A DNA stretch of 64,000 nucleotides, from assembly GCA_964460145.1 (NCBI GenBank), contig CAYWPH010000001.1, forward strand, positions 26,579 to 90,578, given 5' to 3'. The stretch is from an uncultured Gammaproteobacteria bacterium. GTDB taxonomy: Bacteria > Patescibacteriota > Microgenomatia > Levybacterales > UBA12049. Below the pieces are notes generated by a model. It saw nothing but the letters and a program-made list of their open reading frames with translations, ran no database searches and had not been told where the DNA came from. Below are positions 9,242-18,056 of this stretch, one piece after another. A program made the translations under genes and the position numbers. How positions within the stretch are numbered: the stretch's first letter is position 1; each line of letters opens with the position of its first letter.

Positions 9242-9263
9242 CTTTCTGTGTTATAATTTCTGC
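9219..9263 (+). promoter_or_regulatory. Direct repeat R1 carrying extended -10 promoter (TGtTATAAT, 9249-9257), 6 nt before ATG: leaderless transcript
   Basis: TTTCCTCAGAGTTTTCTTCGTAACTTTCTGTGTTATAATTTCTGC is about 80% identical to R2 (9738-9785) and R3 (10309-10350). Confidence 0.65.
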
Positions 9264-9737
9264 ATGGTTATATTTATTAACGGTTCAATAAATGCAGGAA
9301 AAACTACCGTAGCAGATATTTTAGTTAAAAAGATTCCTAATACTGCCCACGTTGATATAGATATGCTGCGATTTTTTATAACATGGATGCCACTTGATGA
9401 ATCAATTCCCATTAATTTAGAAAATGCCGCCCTAGTAATAAAAAACTTTGTAGAAAAAGGTTTAAATGTTGTGGTAACTTATCCTATTTCTCAAAAAAAC
9501 TACGAGTTTTTAATGGAGAAACTTAAAGATTTAAAGGACAAAATTTATTTTTTTACTTTAAATCCTCAAATGCAAACTATTCTTAACAGGGGAGTAATGT
9601 CGGATGCAGAAAGAGAAAGAGTAAGGTATCATTACAAAATTGAAATTAATAAACCCACGTTTGGAGTTATAATTGATAGCACGGGTAAGACTCCTGAGCA
9701 AACTGCGCAAGAGATGCTAAAATTATTAAGAAAGTAA
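9264..9737 (+). CDS. P-loop kinase, chloramphenicol-phosphotransferase-like (CPT/AAA_33 family)
   Basis: N-terminal IFINGSINAGKTT resembles the CPT IILNGGSSAGKS P-loop; size about 157 aa. Confidence 0.55.
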   Translation: MVIFINGSINAGKTTVADILVKKIPNTAHVDIDMLRFFITWMPLDESIPINLENAALVIKNFVEKGLNVVVTYPISQKNYEFLMEKLKDLKDKIYFFTLNPQMQTILNRGVMSDAERERVRYHYKIEINKPTFGVIIDSTGKTPEQTAQEMLKLLRK

Positions 9738-9785
9738 TTTCCTCAGAATTTTCCTCGTAATTTAAACTTCTGTTATAATCTTGGT
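9738..9785 (+). promoter_or_regulatory. Direct repeat R2 with extended -10 promoter (TGTTATAAT 9771-9779)
   Basis: TTTCCTCAGAATTTTCCTCGTAATTTAAACTTCTGTTATAATCTTGGT; 6 nt from -10 to ATG 9786. Confidence 0.65.
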
Positions 9786-10328
9786 ATGGATTTGACGAAA
9801 GTAATTATAAAAACAGACAGATTAAAACTTGTTCCAACTTCTTTGGTATACGCTTCTGAAATGTTTAAAGAGTTTACGGAGGAGATAACTACTTTTATGT
9901 ATCCAAAAGCTGCAAAGGAAATTAGGGAAACAGAAGATTTTGTCAGTTCCTCAATTCAAAAAATGAAAAACGGAGAAGAGCTACAAGTTGTAATTTTAAA
10001 TAAAATAACAGGAGAATTTTTAGGTCATGGAGGAATAAGCAAGTTAAAATCTGAAACACCGGAGTTAGGTATCTGGATTAAAAAGAGAGCTCACGGAAAT
10101 AAGTATGGGAGAGAGGCAGTAAAAGGATTAAAGAAATGGATAGATGATAATATCAATTATAAGTACGTAATATACCCAGTTGATAAAAGAAATACATCGA
10201 GTAGGAAAATAGCAGAATCTTTGGGTGGAGTTGTAGAAGATGAATATAAAAAAGAAAGTATGTCAGGTAATATACTTGATGAAGTTGAATATAGAGTTTA
10301 TCCTAAATCTCTCAAATTTTCCTCGTAA
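9786..10328 (+). CDS. GNAT N-acetyltransferase, RimL/RimJ-like
   Basis: N-terminal TDRLKLVP motif typical of the RimJ/RimL subfamily. The C-terminal tail KSLKFSS is encoded by repeat R3. Confidence 0.7.
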   Translation: MDLTKVIIKTDRLKLVPTSLVYASEMFKEFTEEITTFMYPKAAKEIRETEDFVSSSIQKMKNGEELQVVILNKITGEFLGHGGISKLKSETPELGIWIKKRAHGNKYGREAVKGLKKWIDDNINYKYVIYPVDKRNTSSRKIAESLGGVVEDEYKKESMSGNILDEVEYRVYPKSLKFSS

Positions 10329-10350
10329 ATACTTGTGTTATAATTTCTGC
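10309..10350 (+). promoter_or_regulatory. Direct repeat R3 with extended -10 promoter (TGTTATAAT 10336-10344)
   Basis: TCTCAAATTTTCCTCGTAAATACTTGTGTTATAATTTCTGC; 6 nt to ATG 10351. Confidence 0.65.
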
Positions 10351-10788
10351 ATGAGTAATCGTATCTGGGATCCGGAAGATAAATATAAAGCCGCAGTTAT
10401 AAAAGAATATAGTCATTGGGTTGTTGAGGTTAGCTTTAGACAGCATACTTTTGGCTGTTTTATTATTTTTGCAAAAAGAGATATAGAGAAAATTTCTGAG
10501 TTAAAAAGCGAAGAGCTTATTGAGTTAAAAGATGTAATGTCAGAAATTGAAAATGTATTAAAGACTATACCAGAGTTTAATCCCGACAGATTTAACTATC
10601 TACAAATGGGAAATGCATTGCATCATTTGCATTTTCACTTAATTCCAAGATATGAAACGCAGAGAAATTTTGATGGTAAGGAATGGAATGATGAAGCATT
10701 TGGACATCCTCCTGTTTGGAGTAAAACAGAAGTATCTAGAGACTTAGTTATAAAAATAAAAGAGACTATCCAAAAATATTTAAAATAA
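10351..10788 (+). CDS. HIT-family (histidine triad) nucleotide hydrolase
   Basis: C-terminal HHLHFHLIPR is a HxHxHxx HIT motif. The start is taken at ATG 10351, not the listed 10240, because of the promoter-ATG architecture. Confidence 0.7.
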   Translation: MSNRIWDPEDKYKAAVIKEYSHWVVEVSFRQHTFGCFIIFAKRDIEKISELKSEELIELKDVMSEIENVLKTIPEFNPDRFNYLQMGNALHHLHFHLIPRYETQRNFDGKEWNDEAFGHPPVWSKTEVSRDLVIKIKETIQKYLK

Positions 10789-10873
10789 TATTTTCTTCAA
10801 TTTTCCTCTTGACAAACATCTTAATTACATTGTATTGTAAACCTAAATCAAAAAGGCAGGGAGGTGAAATAAT

Positions 10874-11146
10874 TTGACAAAAAAAGACTTAGTAGAGTTA
10901 GTAGCAAAGAAAGGAAACTTTACCAATAAAGCAGCTAGAGATTCTGTTTCTGCATTCTTAAACGGTATTAGAGATTCGTTAAAAAGAGGAGAGAAAGTCG
11001 TAATTACCGGATTCGGAACTTTTTCTATTAGAAAAAGAGCAGCTAGGCCAGGTAGAAATCCAAAGACTGGAGAAAAAATTACTATAGAGGCAAGAAAAGC
11101 TCCTGGATTTACTCCTGGAAAAACACTTAAAAAGGCAGTAAGATAA
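10874..11146 (+). CDS. hup: DNA-binding protein HU
   Basis: HU signature (GFGTFSIRKRAARPGRNPKTGEKI). TTG start preceded by GGAGGTG, with -35 TTGACA upstream. Confidence 0.9.
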   Translation: MTKKDLVELVAKKGNFTNKAARDSVSAFLNGIRDSLKRGEKVVITGFGTFSIRKRAARPGRNPKTGEKITIEARKAPGFTPGKTLKKAVR

Positions 11147-11187
11147 AGTCCTAATTTTTAAATTAAACTTTGCTATAATTGTTTTAT

Positions 11188-12237
11188 ATGAATTTAAGAC
11201 CGAGGTTAATTTTTTTCACTGTTGTCGGTTTAATAATTTTGATTTTTCTCTATATTCAAAGGGATATCCTAACACCTTTTATATTAGCAGCAATATTTGC
11301 ATATATTTTTAATCCTCTTATAAATCTATTTTCTAAGACTCTTAAACTTCCAAGGAGTTTGTCAATAATTTTAGTTTACTTAATATTAATATTTAGCGTA
11401 GTTTACATTGGAAACTTACTTACAAGGGAATTAATACGGGAGTCTGAAAATATAAGAGGGATAATTCTTGATTACATAGCTTATTTAAAGTTAAATATAG
11501 AATCACTTCCTCCTATAATACAGCCGTACATCTCATCTTATACAGAATTGCCTAAGGTGCAAATTGGCGCCTTAGGGTTATCTGCTTTTCCTGTTTTTAC
11601 CCTTGCTCTTTCAGGTATTTTAAATTTTTTTGTTTTTATTTTTGCTACATTTTTCTTTTTAAAAGATAATGAAAAAATAACAAGTAAATTTCTGCTTTTA
11701 GTTCCTGGTAAAGAAAGAGTTGAAATAAGCACTCTTATTAGAAAAATCAATACTGTGTTATCGAAATACCTAAGAGGTCAGATAATTCTAATTATTTCTT
11801 TGGCAATAATGCTGTATGTAGGATTTAGTTTCCTTGGTATTAAAAATGCTCTTACTATTTCTATTTTATCTGCACTTGCCGGAATAGTCCCGATAATTGG
11901 CGCAATCGCAACAATAATAATTGGAACTTTTGTTATTGTATTATCCGGAGGAATTCATGCATTTAATCTTGGGGTATTGGAAACAATATTGATAGTTATT
12001 GGAATTTATTACGGCGCACAATTAATTCAGGATTATATTTTAGCTCCTTTTATTCTCGGTAAGGCTGTCAGGCTCCATCCTCTTGTTATACTTTTTGCAG
12101 CTTTAGCAGGTGGAAACATAGCCGGGATATTAGGTCTTATTTTGGCTATTCCAGTTGCTGCAACTACAAAAATTTTATTAGAGTTTATAATGGATAAGAT
12201 TAATCACAGGGATTATTTACTAAACAAAGAAGAATAA
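11188..12237 (+). CDS. AI-2E family transporter (PerM/YhhT-like)
   Basis: Eight-TM protein with the AI-2E topology and a conserved G-rich loop. Extended -10 TGCTATAAT at 11171-11179. Confidence 0.7.
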   Translation: MNLRPRLIFFTVVGLIILIFLYIQRDILTPFILAAIFAYIFNPLINLFSKTLKLPRSLSIILVYLILIFSVVYIGNLLTRELIRESENIRGIILDYIAYLKLNIESLPPIIQPYISSYTELPKVQIGALGLSAFPVFTLALSGILNFFVFIFATFFFLKDNEKITSKFLLLVPGKERVEISTLIRKINTVLSKYLRGQIILIISLAIMLYVGFSFLGIKNALTISILSALAGIVPIIGAIATIIIGTFVIVLSGGIHAFNLGVLETILIVIGIYYGAQLIQDYILAPFILGKAVRLHPLVILFAALAGGNIAGILGLILAIPVAATTKILLEFIMDKINHRDYLLNKEE

Positions 12238-12239
12238 AA

Positions 12240-12592
12240 GTTCTTTGGAAGATAGTAAGCCAGATTCTGTTTCTAAGTTGCAATCTGTCTCAAATGTGAT
12301 ATTTATTCACTTTTGGTTCCTTTTGGGAACTGCCCTCAAACTTCGATGCTAGGTAAAGCACTTTTAACGCATCTTTCGGAGGTTACAGCAGGTAGGATTG
12401 CCCGTTTCACTCCCACTCGTCTCTGTTGCTCTCAGATTATGTTAATTCATAATCTGTTCTAAAACCATATGTGGGTGAGGTTTTAGACACTAGCTATTTC
12501 TAGTCGGAACTTACGTCCCAATCCTGGCTTTACGTCTGTCTGGACTTTCCTGTCCCTAAAATTAGGAACTAGCAACTCATCTTCCAAAGAAC
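12240..12592 (-). ncRNA. rnpB: RNase P RNA (bacterial type A-like)
   Basis: On the minus strand, a P1 closing helix GTTCTTTGGAAGAT/ATCTTCCAAAGAAC brackets the element. The conserved-region-I P4 strand GGAAAGTCC lies at 12542-12550 (reverse complement). The P4 3' strand ACAGAATCTGGCTTA lies at 12254-12270 (reverse complement) and shows a compensatory CCGG->CCAG / CCGG->CTGG change. P2 and P3 hairpins are also present. Confidence 0.85.
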
Positions 12593-12618
12593 GCATGTAT
12601 TATATCAAAAAATGGCTT

Positions 12619-15522
12619 TTAAATCGAATTTAGAAGTGTTGAGCAAAGCATTTTATATTCACAATTTTTACAAAATATTGATTTTGAACATACGAAACTA
12701 CTTTGAGAGATTTCTTTAACTTTTTCTAAAATATATTGTTTAGTTTTATCTAGTTGTAATTGATTTCTTTGAGTGGAAAGTTTTGTATTTGTTTCTATGT
12801 AATGCAAAGATAGGATTAGATTTTGAGGATCAATATTAAAAGGTTTTTCTAAAATTTCTTTTGCAGCCAGAGCATAAAAACTTAACTGTTTATTGTCAAT
12901 TAAATCCTTTTGAGTTAACATATTTTGTCCGGTTTTATAATCAATTATCTCTAATTTTCCACTCTTTAGTTTATCAATTCTATCTATTCTTCCCGTAACT
13001 CTTAGATTATCAATATTGAATTGAAACGGTTTTTCTAAAGCAATCGGTAAGTTGTCTTTATTAAAATTATCTCTTAAGTATTTAAAGATATTTTTTTTGG
13101 CTTTTATTAAAGCTTTTCTCTCATGTTCTTTGCTTGAATATCCTTCGTTTATCCAGTCCAATTTAAAAAGCTTTATTGAATCTTTGATATTCATTTTTTC
13201 TCCATTGATCCAGCTTTGATAGAAATCTCTCAAAACGAGATGAATACTTGTTCCAAAACTTTGTGCCGCAGTAGGAATTGTTGGAATTTTTAAGATAAAT
13301 TTAAGTTTATAATGAAGGGGACATATTTCAAATGCTTGAATATGAGAATATGAAATATAATCTATTGGAATATTTTTAGAGCTAGCTTTTTCTTCAACCA
13401 CCTCTTTTTGTGACCATTCGATTAAAGATAATTGAGTTTCTTTATTTTTAATCTCTTTATTTAATATTTTTTCAACTTCTTTTTGGCCTAAAGCTTCATA
13501 TATAAAAGGGGAAAGTTTTCTATCCCTTTTTTCCTCACTATAATAGTTTGCTGCAGAAAAAAATAACATATCTCTTGTCCTGGTCATTCCTACATAAAAA
13601 AGTCTTCTCTCTTCTTGTAAATGATAATCTCCAGTTGGCAGTATTTCTTTAATAAGTTTTTCTGGAATTGGTATTTTTTCTCTTCTTTCTCTGGTAGGAA
13701 ATCTTTGAGAAACAAGGTTAACCAAAAATACAACAGGAAACTCAAGTCCTTTGCTTGAATGAACTGTTAAAATGTTTACTGCGTTATTTTCTGACCAGTC
13801 AGTGTCAGAAGCCAAAGGACTTTCTCCCATTTGCATTGATAAATCTATCCAGTCAACTACTTCATAAACACTTGCAGTTTTATGCTGCGTCTCATAGGTT
13901 TTTAGTTTATCAAAAAGCTTTGCAATATTTTTTGCTATTAATTCTTCTTTTAAAGTTTTATATTCCAAAATGCTTTTAATTAAGCCTGAGTCTTCCAGAA
14001 AATAATATAAAATTTGTCCTGCTGTTTGTTTTGGTATAAGTTTTAGGTGCTTTTTTATCATTTTAGTCAGTGTTTTAAATTTTTCTTTTGATTTTTTCTT
14101 AACAACTAATTCATCTATGTGTTCTAGGGTTTGAAAAAGAGAATAATTTTTTCTTTTCATAAAATTTAAAAGCACTGCTAAATCCACGGCATCAAAATCA
14201 AAAACTGACATATTTAAAACCCTGTATAAAGAACTTGTATCTTCAAAGCTATACAACACTTTAAGATAGGAGATTAAATCTTTTATTTCTTCCTGATGAA
14301 AAAGTCTTCCGGGACCTAGAAATTGATAAGGAATCTTTGCTCGTTGTAAACTTCTGGTAAAACTATCTGCATGACCATTTGCTCTTACCAGGATTGCAAA
14401 ATCTTTGTAATCATATTTTTTACCATCGTCATAAATTTGTTTAATTTTACTTACAACAGTTTCTGCTTCATCTTCAACTCTTTGTTTATAAATCAATTCT
14501 GTTTTTGCTCCTTCAATATTTCTTACAGAAATTAGCCTTTTATTTATTTTTTGTTTTATCTCGAGTCGGTCTGGATTATTGTTTTGAATAAGATTATATG
14601 ATTTATCCAATATTTCCTTTGTAGATCTATAGTTGTTAACAAGAGAAATTATTTTTGCTTTGGGAAATCTTTTTTTGAATTGGAGTATGTTGGAAATTGA
14701 ACTTCCTCTAAATCTATAAATTGATTGGTCATCATCTCCAACAACATTAATATTTTGTCTTTTACCAGCTAACAATATTACAAGTTGGTTTTGAGCAAAA
14801 TTGGTATCTTGGAATTCATCTACTAAAATATATTTAAACATTTCCTGATATTGTTTTAGAATATTTTTTCTAGTTCTAAAAAGTTTTAGAGTGTTAGAAA
14901 TTAAATCTGAAAAATCCATTACACTTTCTTTTGCTTTTAGATCTTCGTAGGTTTTAAAGGCATGGGAGAGCTCAATATATTTTTTATATTCATCCTTGTC
15001 TTTTTTAATTTCTTTATTTGTTTTTACAAATTCAATATAATCATTTGGCAAAATATCTTCATCTTTTAGTCTTGAGAAGTGTTGCAATATTGCCTCTAAA
15101 AATTTATTTGGATTACCAAGGGGACGGAAATAATTAAGTTTTAGTTTGAAAAGGTTTTCTTTTAAAAACAGAACACTTTCTGCTTCTGTCATTAATTTAT
15201 ACGATGGGTTAAGTCCGATGTGAATACTTTCAGATCTTAAAACTCGATCGCAAAAAGAATGGAAGGTTGATATCCACATTTGAGTATATCCATATGGCAT
15301 TGCCTGATCAACTCTCTCTTCCATTTCAAATGCGGCTTTTTCCGTAAAGGTTAATGCAAGAATTTGGGAAGGGTTAATATTTTTCTTTAAAACAAGATGT
15401 TTTATTCTCTCAGTTATTACAGTAGTTTTGCCGGTACCTGCTCCTGCAATAATTAGTAATGGACCATCACCAAACAAAATAGCACTTAGCTGATTTTTAT
15501 CCAAATTAATACCAGCCTTCAT
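12619..15522 (-). CDS. UvrD/PcrA-like SF1 helicase fused to a C-terminal PD-(D/E)xK nuclease with a 4-Cys Fe-S cluster (AddB/Cas4-like)
   Basis: Walker A AGAGTGKTT and motif II DEFQDTN. The C-terminus has RIDRID...EIIDYKTG plus CPLHY...FCKNCEYKMLC, a C-x2-C-x5-C pattern. Confidence 0.8.
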   Translation of the reverse strand: MKAGINLDKNQLSAILFGDGPLLIIAGAGTGKTTVITERIKHLVLKKNINPSQILALTFTEKAAFEMEERVDQAMPYGYTQMWISTFHSFCDRVLRSESIHIGLNPSYKLMTEAESVLFLKENLFKLKLNYFRPLGNPNKFLEAILQHFSRLKDEDILPNDYIEFVKTNKEIKKDKDEYKKYIELSHAFKTYEDLKAKESVMDFSDLISNTLKLFRTRKNILKQYQEMFKYILVDEFQDTNFAQNQLVILLAGKRQNINVVGDDDQSIYRFRGSSISNILQFKKRFPKAKIISLVNNYRSTKEILDKSYNLIQNNNPDRLEIKQKINKRLISVRNIEGAKTELIYKQRVEDEAETVVSKIKQIYDDGKKYDYKDFAILVRANGHADSFTRSLQRAKIPYQFLGPGRLFHQEEIKDLISYLKVLYSFEDTSSLYRVLNMSVFDFDAVDLAVLLNFMKRKNYSLFQTLEHIDELVVKKKSKEKFKTLTKMIKKHLKLIPKQTAGQILYYFLEDSGLIKSILEYKTLKEELIAKNIAKLFDKLKTYETQHKTASVYEVVDWIDLSMQMGESPLASDTDWSENNAVNILTVHSSKGLEFPVVFLVNLVSQRFPTRERREKIPIPEKLIKEILPTGDYHLQEERRLFYVGMTRTRDMLFFSAANYYSEEKRDRKLSPFIYEALGQKEVEKILNKEIKNKETQLSLIEWSQKEVVEEKASSKNIPIDYISYSHIQAFEICPLHYKLKFILKIPTIPTAAQSFGTSIHLVLRDFYQSWINGEKMNIKDSIKLFKLDWINEGYSSKEHERKALIKAKKNIFKYLRDNFNKDNLPIALEKPFQFNIDNLRVTGRIDRIDKLKSGKLEIIDYKTGQNMLTQKDLIDNKQLSFYALAAKEILEKPFNIDPQNLILSLHYIETNTKLSTQRNQLQLDKTKQYILEKVKEISQSSFVCSKSIFCKNCEYKMLCSTLLNSI

Positions 15523-15553
15523 TGAGGTATTGTATCACAAGAAAAATATTAGA

Positions 15554-15976
15554 CTATTCTACAGTAACTGATCCAACCTGGCTTACGTTGAAATGGTTAT
15601 GATATTTATATGTTCCTGCTTTTTCAAATACAACAGATACAACTTGTCCGTTTTCAAAAGACCCAAGATTTAAAAATGGCCAGAGCAAATGAGTTGGGTG
15701 TACAGCTGAGTTTACTGTTACTTTTGTACCGCTTTCATTTGTCCAGGTAACTTTATCTCCTGCTTTTATGGTAATTTCTTTTGGCTCAAAACCATTAGCT
15801 GTAACTGTAACATCTGTCGAGTTTGATTGTTCTTCCACAGCTTGCGCAGCGGTTGGATTTGGGTTGGTAACAGCAGACGTATTATTTTGAGTTGTATTTT
15901 TTGTGCTTAAGACAACTATTGCAGCAACAACTAGTACTACAACTACTCCAACAATTCCAATTAATTTAGTATTCAT
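15554..15976 (-). CDS. Secreted/anchored cupredoxin-fold domain protein (no Cys copper ligand)
   Basis: N-terminal TM region; plastocyanin-like strand pattern FEPKEITIKAGDKVTWTN...HPTH...YHNH. Confidence 0.4.
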   Translation of the reverse strand: MNTKLIGIVGVVVVLVVAAIVVLSTKNTTQNNTSAVTNPNPTAAQAVEEQSNSTDVTVTANGFEPKEITIKAGDKVTWTNESGTKVTVNSAVHPTHLLWPFLNLGSFENGQVVSVVFEKAGTYKYHNHFNVSQVGSVTVE

Positions 15977-15997
15977 AAATTTTCACCTCCTTGTCTT

Positions 15998-17020
15998 TTA
16001 ACTATTTTCTGTAATTTCTTTTTTATTATATTCTAACTTTCTTGTCAATCTCATTTTATTTCCCATACTGGTAAAACCGCTTGATACATTAGAAAATTGT
16101 GCATAAGAATTATTGATGTGTTTTCCTAAAGTTGATAAATTTTCTTCTACTTTTTCGTAATCATTTAAAACATTTCTTAAAAGAGCAAAAAGCTCTTTAG
16201 ACTTGCTTTCAATTCTTTTACCCTCAAAAGATAAAAGTATTGTTTGCAAATGCGCATAAAGAGTAGATGGAGAGACCATATAAACTCTTTGTTTTCTTGC
16301 ATAGTCTAAAACTTGAGGTAAATTAACAACCTCGTAATATACCGATTCGCTTGGAATATACATTAAAGCAAAATCCATTGTTCCCTCAGCGGGTGCGATA
16401 TATTTTTGAGAAATTGCGTCAATATGCCTTTTTAAATCTCTAATAAATTCTTTTTGAAATATTTCTTTTTCTAATGCGTCTTTTGCTTTAGACATTTTTT
16501 GAAAATTCTCCATTGGAAATTTTGAGTCAATGGATAAAATACCTGCATCAGTTTTTATGGCAGCGTCAACTTTTTCTCCAGATTTAAACGTGTATTGTAA
16601 AAAAAAGCTTTCCTTAGGAAACATCTGAGAAATAAGATCTTTTAATACTTGCTCTCCAATATTTCCACGTAGTTTTGGACTTTTTAAGAAATCTTGAAGT
16701 TCTCTCATGTTTCTTCCTATTTCACTCATTTCCCCAACCTCTCTTTCTACATCTTTTATTACCATTGCAGTTTTTTCTAATCTATCGTTTAGCTGCTTGG
16801 AATTTTCTTGTAAGGTTTTTACCATATTATTTGAAGAGGAGTTGATTGATAGTTGCATTGTTCTAAGCCACTCTAGTAAAGCTTCATCCGTTTTATTTTT
16901 TCCTGCACTTTCAAGCTTTTTATTTATAAAGAATATGAGGACACCAAAACCGATGGTAATAAAAAGAAGAATTATGAGCAGGTCTTGTTGCATATTATAT
17001 ATTTTACCATTTGTGAGCAA
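15998..17020 (-). CDS. rmuC: DNA recombination protein RmuC
   Basis: N-terminal TM plus coiled coil; RmuC core (ILSIDSKFPMENF). Confidence 0.7.
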   Translation of the reverse strand: MLTNGKIYNMQQDLLIILLFITIGFGVLIFFINKKLESAGKNKTDEALLEWLRTMQLSINSSSNNMVKTLQENSKQLNDRLEKTAMVIKDVEREVGEMSEIGRNMRELQDFLKSPKLRGNIGEQVLKDLISQMFPKESFFLQYTFKSGEKVDAAIKTDAGILSIDSKFPMENFQKMSKAKDALEKEIFQKEFIRDLKRHIDAISQKYIAPAEGTMDFALMYIPSESVYYEVVNLPQVLDYARKQRVYMVSPSTLYAHLQTILLSFEGKRIESKSKELFALLRNVLNDYEKVEENLSTLGKHINNSYAQFSNVSSGFTSMGNKMRLTRKLEYNKKEITENS

Positions 17021-17023
17021 GCT

Positions 17024-18055
17024 TTAGTTAAAGTAAAGTTCTGGATTTGCTTCTACTTTTTCCCAAGGGAGCTTTTGATAATTAAAAAATCCAGCTGTTG
17101 CAATCATTGCTGCGTTATCTGTACAAAGAGATTTTTGTGGAACAAAAACTCTAACGTCTGGTATCTGAAATTTTGTAGCCGACGTAATGCTGTCTTTAAG
17201 CGTTTTATTTGCAGCAACGCCTCCTCCCAAAAGAATTGATTTTGCACTATATTTTTTTGCTGCATTTATTGTTTTTGTAAGTAAAGTGTCAATTATTGCT
17301 TTTTGAGTAGAGGCGCAAATATTTGCGATATCCTGATCGTTTAATTTTGACATACTGCTTACTTGTCTTAAAACTGCTGTTTTTAAACCGCTAAAGCTAA
17401 AATCAAGATCATTAGAAGAAATTAAAGGACGAGGAAAATTATATTTTTTACTATCCCCTTTTGTTGCAAGATTTTCAATAATTGGTCCTGCAGGATAAGG
17501 AAGATCTAAAAGTCTTCCGATTTTGTCCAGTGCCTCTCCAGCTGCGTCGTCTCTTGTTCCACCCAGCCATTCAATTTTGCCATGTTGTTTTATTAAGACT
17601 AAATCAGTGTGTCCGCCAGAAACAACAAGAGCAATAGCGGGAAATTCTATTTCCTTTTCTTTAATCTGGCTTTCATTAATAAAATTTGCATATATATGTC
17701 CGAATAAATGATTAACAGCAATTATGGGTTTATTTAGTATAAATGCAAATACTTTTGCCGTTTCAACACCGACAAGAAGCGATCCAATAAGTCCTGGGCC
17801 AACTGTTACTGCAATTGAATCTATCTCTGAGAGTTTAACATCGGTTTTACTTAGCGACTTTTCAATTACTGGGATAATATATTTAATTTGTTCTCTGGCA
17901 GCAATTTCCGGAATTACTCCGCCGGTTTTTGTATGTAAAGATAGAGAAGTCGCAACAATATTAGAAAGTATTGTTACATTTGTATCATTTTTATTTGCTT
18001 TAATAACTGCAGCAGAGGTTTCATCGCAACTTGTTTCAATTCCTAAAATAGTCAT
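17024..18055 (-). CDS. tsaD: tRNA N6-adenosine threonylcarbamoyltransferase TsaD (Kae1/Gcp)
   Basis: MTILGIETSCDETSAAV...VSGGHT...GGGVAAN are the Kae1/TsaD signatures. Confidence 0.9.
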   Translation of the reverse strand: MTILGIETSCDETSAAVIKANKNDTNVTILSNIVATSLSLHTKTGGVIPEIAAREQIKYIIPVIEKSLSKTDVKLSEIDSIAVTVGPGLIGSLLVGVETAKVFAFILNKPIIAVNHLFGHIYANFINESQIKEKEIEFPAIALVVSGGHTDLVLIKQHGKIEWLGGTRDDAAGEALDKIGRLLDLPYPAGPIIENLATKGDSKKYNFPRPLISSNDLDFSFSGLKTAVLRQVSSMSKLNDQDIANICASTQKAIIDTLLTKTINAAKKYSAKSILLGGGVAANKTLKDSITSATKFQIPDVRVFVPQKSLCTDNAAMIATAGFFNYQKLPWEKVEANPELYFN

Positions 18056-18056
18056 T

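Noticed and set aside
10240-10350. Upstream extension of the HIT gene overlapping the GNAT 3' end
   Set aside because: Repeat R3 places a promoter 6 nt upstream of ATG 10351, as for the two preceding cassettes. The extension is encoded by repeat DNA.
12240-12592. Possibility that the structured intergenic RNA is tmRNA or a group I intron
   Set aside because: It lacks a tRNA-like 3' end or a tag-peptide ORF. It has the two universally conserved RNase P P4 strands and the P1/P2/P3 arrangement.
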